From: a virus
Virus genome (UHGV): UHGV-0100673
Direction: 5' to 3' (one strand)
DNA: 29,596 nt
The notes beneath the pieces were generated by a model. That model had not been told where the DNA came from and did no database searches. It worked only from the letters and a program-made list of their open reading frames with translations. A program made the position numbers and the translations under genes. Shown piece after piece: positions 7,919 through 16,405 of this stretch. Every line of letters begins with the position of its first letter. The first letter of the stretch is position 1.

Positions 7919-8080
7919 ATGAAAAAAGCATTTGCTGCACTGTTCGTTTTGTTGTCTCTGGTAGCTTCAACTCAGGCCTTTGCCGGTCGTTGTCAGCACG
8001 ACAGCGATACTGCCGCTGACGGCTCCCGCTGCGGTGGGCGTTCTGCGGATTCCCGCCCGGGTGGCGGTGGCATTCGTTAA
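7919..8080 (+). CDS. Small secreted Cys-containing peptide
   Basis: Internal start MKKAFAALFVLLSLVASTQAFA is a canonical signal peptide; mature part about 31 aa, Gly/Ser/Asp/Arg-rich with two Cys. The longer ORF from 7847 adds 24 non-signal residues. Confidence 0.45.
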   Translation: MKKAFAALFVLLSLVASTQAFAGRCQHDSDTAADGSRCGGRSADSRPGGGGIR

Positions 8081-8086
8081 AAACAA

Positions 8087-8102
8087 GGCCGCGAAAGCGG
8101 CC
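8087..8102. terminator. GC hairpin, likely intrinsic terminator for the minus-strand operon
   Basis: GGCCGC-GAAA-GCGGCC perfect stem; on the minus strand it is followed by TTGTTTTT, immediately after the stop of the 8112..8408 gene. Confidence 0.6.
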
Positions 8103-8111
8103 TGTGACATG

Positions 8112-8408
8112 TCACGTTCCTTTTCTGAATGATAGCCGTTCGAAAAATGATGACATTCCACCGCAGACAATAGCAAAGATGATCCCACCAAAGAAGAGAA
8201 GGCCAGCCTGCCACCACTCCCACCGCCATACATCCACAGCGCCAATCATACCAACAATCGCTCCAACAAACGGAATATAACTCACGACAAAAGCAACGGG
8301 AGCTGCAATTACCCAGTGCACCCCCCACCATGATTCAAGCCCAGCCATAATTGCTGCCAACTGAAAAAGACCAACGACGATATAAACAATGAATCCTATA
8401 GCTTGCAT
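8112..8408 (-). CDS. Small multi-pass inner-membrane protein
   Basis: 98 aa, almost entirely hydrophobic helices with Trp-rich loops; SD AGGTGA upstream; last gene of the minus-strand structural operon. Confidence 0.55.
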   Translation of the reverse strand: MQAIGFIVYIVVGLFQLAAIMAGLESWWGVHWVIAAPVAFVVSYIPFVGAIVGMIGAVDVWRWEWWQAGLLFFGGIIFAIVCGGMSSFFERLSFRKGT

Positions 8409-8603
8409 GTAGTCACCTATTTACCCATTAAAAATCAGAGGCCTCCCCTCAATAAGGCTTGCAACAAGAACTACTCCCTGCACAACAAAGATGAACCAGC
8501 AAATAGCTTGAGTCTGAGGGTTAAGAAAATATTTGTAGCGGTCAATAAATAACAATCCACCAGAAATTATCACACTCAAAATAATTAAAAACACAACACT
8601 TCC

Positions 8604-11078
8604 TTATTGCGGAGTGACATCCTGAGGTCGCCACCAGTATGTCTGGTTAAACTCTTTCTTCGAACGTTGCTCCATTTTACGCAAATAGCCTGGTGAAAAA
8701 TACTCCTGCATCTGGTTAAAGATCATGTGATCGAGAGCCGCCTTCAAGTACCAGAGATTCGCACCAGGCATCAAACCTTTCCCCAGCTTCACCAGATCAC
8801 CACCAGTCTGCTCACTCTTCCCTTCCACAGCATTTAACGGTATGCCCTGAGCAATCTTCACTACGTCATCAACCAGACCAGCTACCGGGCCAAGCATCGA
8901 CGCCAGCGCGCCGCTTCCGTACCTAGTGTGATCTGACAATAAAAAGTCACCATAAAGGCCAAGACCACCACCTTTCAGTAGAGCACCAAGCCAGAATTTT
9001 GCGGCATCTTCTCCTGTCATCTCTCGAGGATTACGACCAGACGCAAGGTCGTTAAGTTGTTGCGACAAAGCGCCAAGAATGGTCGTACTGGCAATAAACG
9101 TCGCAATATATGCCGCACGCCCACCAGCAGACGGCATACCCATAGCGCGTGACCAGTGACGCATAACAACCGAGATAGGGAACGATTTAAACAGGAAAAC
9201 ACTTCTCGTTAATTCACCTTTCCATGTTCCACGCTGAATACCAGAACCGGTTATCAGTTGCTCACGTGCTCCCGGTGTAATAACAGCCATATCAACTTCT
9301 TCAGTTACGGCACCGAGCAGTTTACGCATTGCCTCAAATTTCACGCGTTCAGGCTCACCAAGATGTTTAACTGCTGAATCAGGGATACGCATAATGCTTT
9401 CCGGTGTCAGCATCGTATTATTACCGTTACCCCAGTCCTCCTGTTGCGCCAGCTTCCATACGCTCCAGTCTGTGTCAGTAATCCCTTTGCTTTTCAGGAT
9501 ACGAAAATCAGAGTCATCGAGGCTACGAAGGTCTGGTGTTCGTGACACTACTTCTCCCAGGCTTCCCATCATGGTTACGCCATAGGCGCGCTTGTGCGCA
9601 TCTGACCATGCTGTAAGCCCACTGGCACGCATTACCGCCGTTGCCGCCCAACGAGACACTGACGGCCCCATATTATCCATCGCCCAGCGGTTAACGCTGC
9701 CAAGTAGAGATTCCATCGCCAGACCAGCGCGGCGCGCCCGCGCAAGTTCTGTACGGTTCGTTGGGTCCATAGCTTCAAGCTGGTTGCGGAATAACTGGTT
9801 CATTGGAAGGTTGGTAACCTTCGCAGACAGATACATGGTTCCAAGATCAGAGAACGATGACAGCAACGCGGATCCGAGTCTGCTGGCAACCAGCCAGTTG
9901 CGGATATTGTCAGACCATCGCGCGATGTGCGGATTCGCTACAGGCTGTGTCTTTCCGGAAATAAAGTTGTACAGATTCTCTGTGTTGTTCGCCAGCCGCT
10001 CGACTTTACCGGTTTTACTCGGGTTAGCGGTTGCCGTTTCTGCCTTCACCTGATCAAGAAGAGAGCGGAAAACATGATCGGGGTTTGGGCCATATGTTTC
10101 CACCAGTGCAATATCTTTACTGATACCTTCCAGGTGACCGACCATGATTTCCCATAGAGAGCGATCGCCATAAAGTTGCTGATATTGCAGATAGGAATCT
10201 GCATCTTTGAAATGTATCTGTCGTGATGCATTACCACGGTTAGCACGTGCGCCGGAAATTCGCATTCCGGTATCAGTAAGCTTATTCAGCCCACCAGTAG
10301 CGATCGTGTTATAAGCCTCTCCAAGAAATGCAGACAACTCGGCATCGTTCATCAGTTGTCCATCGGCTCGGATATAATATTTGCGATCCAGCTTACCTAT
10401 AACATCGCTAACCCACTTATCCTTTGATACCGCCCCAACCTTTTCCATAGAATGATGTTGAGGGATCCCCCAGTTTTCGAGATAGCCAATGTCCCCACCA
10501 GCATCATTAAACCGGCGGCGCAGCAGCTCTGTAACTTCTCTCCACGCCTTAGCACCTTTTCTTGCTTTAGCATTGCCAGTATTTTGCCCCCGCATTTCAT
10601 ATACCAGGTCACGTACGCCCGCTTCATCTTCAAACAGACCAAAAAAGCGAGGATCAACTGCTTCGAATGCCTCCTGCAATTGACTCAATGCATAATCACG
10701 GGTGGCTTTTGTTCTGGATTCAACAGAGAGGAAATTAGATTTACCGTCTGCATTAAAAGCTATAGTACGGTTAAGAGCGCCAAGTTTCCCATCAGCCCCT
10801 TGATAGCTATTGATAAATTTATCCAATCTCTGACGCGCGGCTATAGTGAGAGCCACACGACGTTTCTTTAATGCCGCTTCTCGCTGTAATTCTTCAGATG
10901 CCAATTGTGCTGCTCGATATAGCCGCTCTGATTCGGAAAGTTGTCGCCACGACATCGGGTCATCACGAGCAATGGAGCGCATATTTCGATAAATGCGGTC
11001 TTCAATGTTCTGTATTTCTCGCGCCGTTAACGTGCGCTGCGCCGCCTGCTGGACCGCTTGTATACATTCCTGTCTCAT
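8604..11078 (-). CDS. Internal virion / ejection protein (gp16-like position)
   Basis: 824-aa ORF in the run of large proteins between the tail tube genes and the end of the structural operon; call is positional. Confidence 0.55.
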   Translation of the reverse strand: MRQECIQAVQQAAQRTLTAREIQNIEDRIYRNMRSIARDDPMSWRQLSESERLYRAAQLASEELQREAALKKRRVALTIAARQRLDKFINSYQGADGKLGALNRTIAFNADGKSNFLSVESRTKATRDYALSQLQEAFEAVDPRFFGLFEDEAGVRDLVYEMRGQNTGNAKARKGAKAWREVTELLRRRFNDAGGDIGYLENWGIPQHHSMEKVGAVSKDKWVSDVIGKLDRKYYIRADGQLMNDAELSAFLGEAYNTIATGGLNKLTDTGMRISGARANRGNASRQIHFKDADSYLQYQQLYGDRSLWEIMVGHLEGISKDIALVETYGPNPDHVFRSLLDQVKAETATANPSKTGKVERLANNTENLYNFISGKTQPVANPHIARWSDNIRNWLVASRLGSALLSSFSDLGTMYLSAKVTNLPMNQLFRNQLEAMDPTNRTELARARRAGLAMESLLGSVNRWAMDNMGPSVSRWAATAVMRASGLTAWSDAHKRAYGVTMMGSLGEVVSRTPDLRSLDDSDFRILKSKGITDTDWSVWKLAQQEDWGNGNNTMLTPESIMRIPDSAVKHLGEPERVKFEAMRKLLGAVTEEVDMAVITPGAREQLITGSGIQRGTWKGELTRSVFLFKSFPISVVMRHWSRAMGMPSAGGRAAYIATFIASTTILGALSQQLNDLASGRNPREMTGEDAAKFWLGALLKGGGLGLYGDFLLSDHTRYGSGALASMLGPVAGLVDDVVKIAQGIPLNAVEGKSEQTGGDLVKLGKGLMPGANLWYLKAALDHMIFNQMQEYFSPGYLRKMEQRSKKEFNQTYWWRPQDVTPQ

Positions 11079-11083
11079 TTAAT

Positions 11084-12886
11084 TTAACCTCTCAAGAAAC
11101 ACGCCACAGCGACATCAAACAGGCTGGAATCCTGTATTGCCTGCTCACTTTCCCTGTTCGCTTCATCCAGTACTTCACGCGCGCTGCGCGATTGTGGATT
11201 ACCATCATCATCCAGCACGGTGATTATCATGTCAGGTGATTCAAGCAGCGAGTCTTCAGCTATGCGCAGATCAATATCTCCTGCCTGATCTGACATCATT
11301 TTTTGTTCTGCCTGTTGCAATATTTTATCAGGCTCAAAAGGAGCTACTTCGTCTGGCGTCCTGACCTCTGCTGTTTTATAGAATGAAACAGCCTGAGCAT
11401 TAAGTTCACTTTCTGCCTGCTGTCTCCGAGCCAGTTCTGCTCGAGCTTCAAAAAACTGACCGCCAGGCTCGTGCGGTGCCAACGCGTTACGGGAAAATTC
11501 CAGGCGTTCTTGTGCCTGCCGGATTCGTTGATCAATATCGCGAAGTCTGGCCTGTTTATCTGATCGAGCACGAGACAAAGCTTTACCGCTACCGGTTGGC
11601 TCTTCTGCAAGAATTTGTGCACGCTGTTCAGTGAGATTTTCAATAATTCGTTGGCTATTAGCGATTTCCGACTGGTAAACCTGTCTATCGCCACGCGGCA
11701 AAAGCTGCGCGGCCTGTTCTTCAAGCAACCGATTTTCTATAGCGCGCGCCGTTACTCCATCATCTACAGATGACAGAGCCTCATTAACTGCCTGAGACAG
11801 CAGACTCTTGCGCCCAGGAATTTCACTGAAAGATGCAGACTCAACAATGCTGGCAACGTCTACAGGTCTCCCCTGGCTAACATCAGACATGGCTTTTCGC
11901 AGAGCCTGAATGTGAGAATTGCGCGAAAGCACGTTGATCGGCACGCCGGGAGCAATATCAATTTCAGCATGATGAGCGGCATTCGCCGCCAGTGCAGCAT
12001 CGACATCAACTGGTGAAAAATTTGGTGCGCTTGTAGACTCGCCGCGAGAGTTAATAAATCTGCCGACACCACCAAACGCCACTCCAAGAACAGCATCAAT
12101 AGCAATTGCCTGTCGATCCAACACATCATACTGATTAGCCATTTCGCTATAGCCACCATCACGAAGCGTTTTTGCAGTAAGCCCACGCTGTGCCATACCG
12201 AACGCAATATTTGTACCTGCGGCATAGGCAATATCTGGCGTTGCACGTACTGCTGTTGCTGCGGCGCGTCGCACTGAACTTTCACCCGTCCGCGCAAGCT
12301 GAGCCGCCACACCTTCCGCCAGCGCACCACCAGCACGTAACCCGAGGCTCATAGGGATCAGTGTTCCGGCACCAGCAGTAATACCCTGCACTAATCCCGC
12401 TTCCTGCGCCGTCCTGAAATCAACACCCTGTGCTGTCAGCCGTTCAAACTCAGAAAAACCCTGTAGCGAAGTTACCGCCGCAGCACCTCCGACCGGACCA
12501 CCGAGCGTTGTACCGACAACAGCCTGCCCGCCCATATCGAACAACCCATAAAGGACCTGCCCGGCGGTTCCGGTTGTCGCGGCATCAGGCGTCAGCCGCT
12601 TAACCTGCTGCTCTGCTAGTTTTCTCTGCTCGGCAATGTATGAAACTGAAGTGTCATTGAGCGAGGTGTTTTCGTTAACAAACTGAGCAATCGGGGATAC
12701 GATTTTATCCATCCCTGCCCAGAGCAACTGATCTGGCTTTGCCACCAGCCCGGAGTACAAACCAGACAATGCCGCTCCTACAGCATTGTCGAAAAAACCA
12801 ACATCGCTGTTAAAGCCAACTGGATTTGATGCTGCTTCGTCAAGCTGCTGATTCTGGTTTACTGGATTAAGGCCAAAGTAACTCAT
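11084..12886 (-). CDS. Internal virion protein, Ala/Gly-rich
   Basis: 600 aa; start overlaps the stop of the upstream gene (ATGA-type coupling); long Gly/Ala-rich segments and a charged coiled-coil C-terminal part. Confidence 0.55.
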   Translation of the reverse strand: MSYFGLNPVNQNQQLDEAASNPVGFNSDVGFFDNAVGAALSGLYSGLVAKPDQLLWAGMDKIVSPIAQFVNENTSLNDTSVSYIAEQRKLAEQQVKRLTPDAATTGTAGQVLYGLFDMGGQAVVGTTLGGPVGGAAAVTSLQGFSEFERLTAQGVDFRTAQEAGLVQGITAGAGTLIPMSLGLRAGGALAEGVAAQLARTGESSVRRAAATAVRATPDIAYAAGTNIAFGMAQRGLTAKTLRDGGYSEMANQYDVLDRQAIAIDAVLGVAFGGVGRFINSRGESTSAPNFSPVDVDAALAANAAHHAEIDIAPGVPINVLSRNSHIQALRKAMSDVSQGRPVDVASIVESASFSEIPGRKSLLSQAVNEALSSVDDGVTARAIENRLLEEQAAQLLPRGDRQVYQSEIANSQRIIENLTEQRAQILAEEPTGSGKALSRARSDKQARLRDIDQRIRQAQERLEFSRNALAPHEPGGQFFEARAELARRQQAESELNAQAVSFYKTAEVRTPDEVAPFEPDKILQQAEQKMMSDQAGDIDLRIAEDSLLESPDMIITVLDDDGNPQSRSAREVLDEANRESEQAIQDSSLFDVAVACFLRG

Positions 12887-15396
12887 TGCGGAATATCTCC
12901 GGAGAATCTCTGACGCTTCTGTGTCAGATCAAGAACAACGGGAGAACCATCATCTTTTAGCAGATAACCAGTACCAAGTTTCACCAGGTACTGACTATCG
13001 CCGTAACTTTGCAAACCATACTGACCAGGCGGTGTTTTTATCCCTGTGCCAACAACTTGTTCATTCCAAGCCTGATTAACCTGCTTATCGAATTGCTCTG
13101 CAGACATTCCCCACGGCAAAAGAACATTCCCCATTCCGTTATAGTCATGCACGCCACCTGTAGCTACGTTAACAGCCTGTTTCCAGATATCATTGTCAAT
13201 TTCGCCTGATACCACGCCTTTTTTCGCCATCACACCAGCGTAATAGTCCTTTGCGATCTCGTATGCCATTGATGCCCCCTGAGCATCACCAGCAAATGCA
13301 TCCTTCACCATGTCAGAAAACTCAAGGCGAAGATCAGCATCTTTAGGCATCGGAATACCTTTCGCGTCATCAGTACCTTTACGAGCCGCCGCGCCAGCAA
13401 GAATTGTCTGCGCAGCGGTTTCTGGAGACACGGAAACATCAGGATTAAACCAGTTTTTTTCTGCCAAAATACCACCTGGCTTATCCATCAGTATCCCGGC
13501 AACGGCAGCAGATGGAGCGTTGGCACTGATCTGCTGTAGTGCTGACATATACACCTGCCCACCACCAGTGCTCTGCCTGATGGTATCGAGATATGCTGCC
13601 TGTTGGGAAACGGGCGCATCACGAAAGAAAACACCGATCTGATTGGCCTCGTCTTTGGAAAAGAACGTCAGTGGAGTGCCATATGACTTAGCAAGGTCAC
13701 TGACCTGAGCAGCACGCAAGGCAACGCTCTGTCCAAAGTTATCCTTATTGCTCATGTCGATAGGCTTTGCCTGTCCGGCGGCAAGAGAGAACTGTACAGG
13801 ATCAGCCTGTCGCTGCTTTATCACCTGACTTGCAGCCGACACAACGTTGTCATAAAGAGCGGCTCGTGCCGCATAACCCTCCCCTGTCTCACCAGTATCC
13901 GGGCGTAATTGCTCAACATATGCTGTAATGCTGCTTGTCGGCATGTTGCGGAAAGAGCCTATATACTGTCCGGCGATTTGCGTATTTCTGAACTCGGTAT
14001 ATCGCAGGTTTCCTTCTCTTACTCCATAAGCTGCAATAAAATCAGCCTCACCAGGTGGGTTAGGAAATTCAACGCCACGCATATACGCAGCTGTCGCATC
14101 GCGAACCTGGCTGTCAATCATCGTTTTATATTCAGCCTGCTGCTGCCGACGCAGTTGATCCGCCTGTCGCATAAAACTTGCCTGCGCCTCAGGAGATGCC
14201 GCATCGAATGCTGCATTACCGGTATAGCGTTTGGTGTTGGTTGGAATTGTTGATAAACCAAGTGCTGCACTGACACCAGCAGTTAACTGCTGATCACTGT
14301 ATGGCTGGCTACCGTTCTCATGATGGATAATGGCTGCACAAAGCGCCTTCAGGGTATCAGGATTAGATGCATCGAGAGGCTCATCAGCAGAAACGCCAAG
14401 TTGTTCGCACACTGCTTTGATATACGACATAGTGTCATTTTTATCAGCAGGCGGTGCCCAGCGATTAATTATCTCGCTGACGGTATCAATACCCTGCCTC
14501 TGATACGACATCAGGTTCCGCCCTAATGCACGAATCCCGTGTTCAGGTGTTTCGAATTTAGCAAATCGACCATCATCACCGGTCTGGCCTACCCACGGAT
14601 TAGTTTTGCTGTATTCGAGATTTCCTGGGTTATTGTTGCGTATGCCACGGGCACGCTCGGAAGAGTCACTATCTGCTACAGCACGGCGAGCTCCAGCAGC
14701 AGTATCACTTAACTCGCCATTACTTTGGATGAATGCGGTCGCATTGTTTGCCGACCACTGGGACAATGCAGCATCAGCAACCTTCTCTTTAAACTCGATT
14801 TTCTTGGCCTGGATTTGCTCGTTGCTCCAGCCATGTGCAACACCGTACTCCTCAATTTGCTGGAAAGTTTGCTTGTTAGCCAATACGTATGCGGCGTTGT
14901 CGCCATACAATGCTGCGGCATTTTTACCATTGTTCAGCAGTGTCGCCTGAAACTGGCCTTCTTCGTAGGCATTAATTTGCCCTATCTCGTGTCGCCCGGC
15001 CTGCGTAGTGAACTGAATGCGCTGCTGCTGCGCCTGCTGCATGAAAGCATTACGAGCCTGTTCATCCGGCAGCGACATAGCAAGTTGTTCGACCTGAGCA
15101 TCAAACTGCTGCGTATACTCATGGCCTTTTCCAATAGCATTTTTCCCTTTCAGGTTAAGCAATCCTGTTTCAGGATTATTCAGCAGATCGCTGCTTATCT
15201 GACTGAGGTTAAGAGATGCCTCCTGAGCCAGAGCGATATTGGCACGCTGTTTTGCCTGCCCCAAAACATCAATTGCCTCTGTCCCTGCCCGAACAAAAGC
15301 ATCACCAATACCTTGCTGAGAAAACGTCTGCAAGCCTGCTGACTGAACTCCACGACTCTCAACCTGACGTCCGGATACTGTTGGTACGACTGGCAT
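12883..15396 (-). CDS. Internal virion protein (gp15-like position)
   Basis: Start placed at internal ATG 15396, which overlaps the upstream stop by 1 nt and has SD GGAGG; the ORF-track start at 15471 would overlap the upstream gene by 75 nt. Contains a segment RNNNPGNLEY...IINRWAPP of unknown function. Confidence 0.55.
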   Translation of the reverse strand: MPVVPTVSGRQVESRGVQSAGLQTFSQQGIGDAFVRAGTEAIDVLGQAKQRANIALAQEASLNLSQISSDLLNNPETGLLNLKGKNAIGKGHEYTQQFDAQVEQLAMSLPDEQARNAFMQQAQQQRIQFTTQAGRHEIGQINAYEEGQFQATLLNNGKNAAALYGDNAAYVLANKQTFQQIEEYGVAHGWSNEQIQAKKIEFKEKVADAALSQWSANNATAFIQSNGELSDTAAGARRAVADSDSSERARGIRNNNPGNLEYSKTNPWVGQTGDDGRFAKFETPEHGIRALGRNLMSYQRQGIDTVSEIINRWAPPADKNDTMSYIKAVCEQLGVSADEPLDASNPDTLKALCAAIIHHENGSQPYSDQQLTAGVSAALGLSTIPTNTKRYTGNAAFDAASPEAQASFMRQADQLRRQQQAEYKTMIDSQVRDATAAYMRGVEFPNPPGEADFIAAYGVREGNLRYTEFRNTQIAGQYIGSFRNMPTSSITAYVEQLRPDTGETGEGYAARAALYDNVVSAASQVIKQRQADPVQFSLAAGQAKPIDMSNKDNFGQSVALRAAQVSDLAKSYGTPLTFFSKDEANQIGVFFRDAPVSQQAAYLDTIRQSTGGGQVYMSALQQISANAPSAAVAGILMDKPGGILAEKNWFNPDVSVSPETAAQTILAGAAARKGTDDAKGIPMPKDADLRLEFSDMVKDAFAGDAQGASMAYEIAKDYYAGVMAKKGVVSGEIDNDIWKQAVNVATGGVHDYNGMGNVLLPWGMSAEQFDKQVNQAWNEQVVGTGIKTPPGQYGLQSYGDSQYLVKLGTGYLLKDDGSPVVLDLTQKRQRFSGDIPQ

Positions 15397-15941
15397 TATA
15401 ATCCTCCGGGTAATCTGGTTCCTGCTGCTGCCCCGATTGGCGCAGGAGTGCTTTGAGTAAACGGACTCCACGTCCCACCAAACATCTGGTACGCACCGTA
15501 TGCCTTCAGAGGCGCAGTGAGTAATGTTGTTGCTGCTCCCACATTCCCCTGTTTACGGGCTGAACTGGCTTCTGCTTTATAGTTGGCAGCCTGAACCTGA
15601 TAACCGTAAGCCTCGCGTTGCGCGTTATTCACCGTCGTCAGCGAATCAAGAGCGCCAAACTGGGCAGTGTCGCCAAATATATCCAGCGCGTTACCTGTAG
15701 ATAAATCAGCGCCGGTAGCCCCCATTGTCGCCGCCTGTGTACCAAGCCGCTGTCGGGTCTCTCTGCGTCGTTGCTCAGCTTCAGCGTTACCTCTGTTTAT
15801 TGCATCATTTGCCTGAGCTGTGGCTATATCTGCGTTCGCTTCTGCAACCTTCGAGGCATACTTTCCCTGTTGGTACTGGGTGTATGCCTGAATGCCACTC
15901 ATGGCGAGCATTGCGCCACCAGCAATAACCGGATCGCACAT
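15396..15941 (-). CDS. Internal virion protein (gp14-like position)
   Basis: 181 aa, Ala/Gln/Thr-rich, translationally coupled to both neighbours. Confidence 0.5.
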   Translation of the reverse strand: MCDPVIAGGAMLAMSGIQAYTQYQQGKYASKVAEANADIATAQANDAINRGNAEAEQRRRETRQRLGTQAATMGATGADLSTGNALDIFGDTAQFGALDSLTTVNNAQREAYGYQVQAANYKAEASSARKQGNVGAATTLLTAPLKAYGAYQMFGGTWSPFTQSTPAPIGAAAGTRLPGGL

Positions 15942-16405
15942 TATTTTCTCTCCATGTGAAATCTGTGGAAATTAAGACCAAGAGCACCATAAGGCGCGGC
16001 TTCTTCAAGCCTGAATCCAAGCCAGTGCAGCCATGCTTTGGCAACATGGTTTCGCTCGTCGACGTAGTTTTCCAGGCGCGGATAAACTGCCAGCATCTGC
16101 TGCAATACAGGTCGGCAGTGGCGAAGAAATGTCTTCTGATATTTTTCAATACGGCTGGCCCCGACCAGCCAGGGCGTACCATTGCCACCGATCATTGACG
16201 CCGGAGATACGCCAAACATGGTTACCAGTTCTCCGTTCGCGAACCCTGACCAGGCCATAGTCGCAGTGCGAAGACCAACACGCAGCGCATCTTCGGTAGT
16301 CATCAGCGATACCGCATACAGTTCGTCAATATCAGCCTGACGAACATCCGGCAAAATCATCTGAAGATGCTCTTCGGTAGCGGGAATAATTTGAACGTCG
16401 ATCAT
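15941..16405 (-). CDS. Internal virion protein (gp13-like position)
   Basis: 154-aa ORF with start overlapping the upstream stop; positional call. Confidence 0.45.
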   Translation of the reverse strand: MIDVQIIPATEEHLQMILPDVRQADIDELYAVSLMTTEDALRVGLRTATMAWSGFANGELVTMFGVSPASMIGGNGTPWLVGASRIEKYQKTFLRHCRPVLQQMLAVYPRLENYVDERNHVAKAWLHWLGFRLEEAAPYGALGLNFHRFHMERK

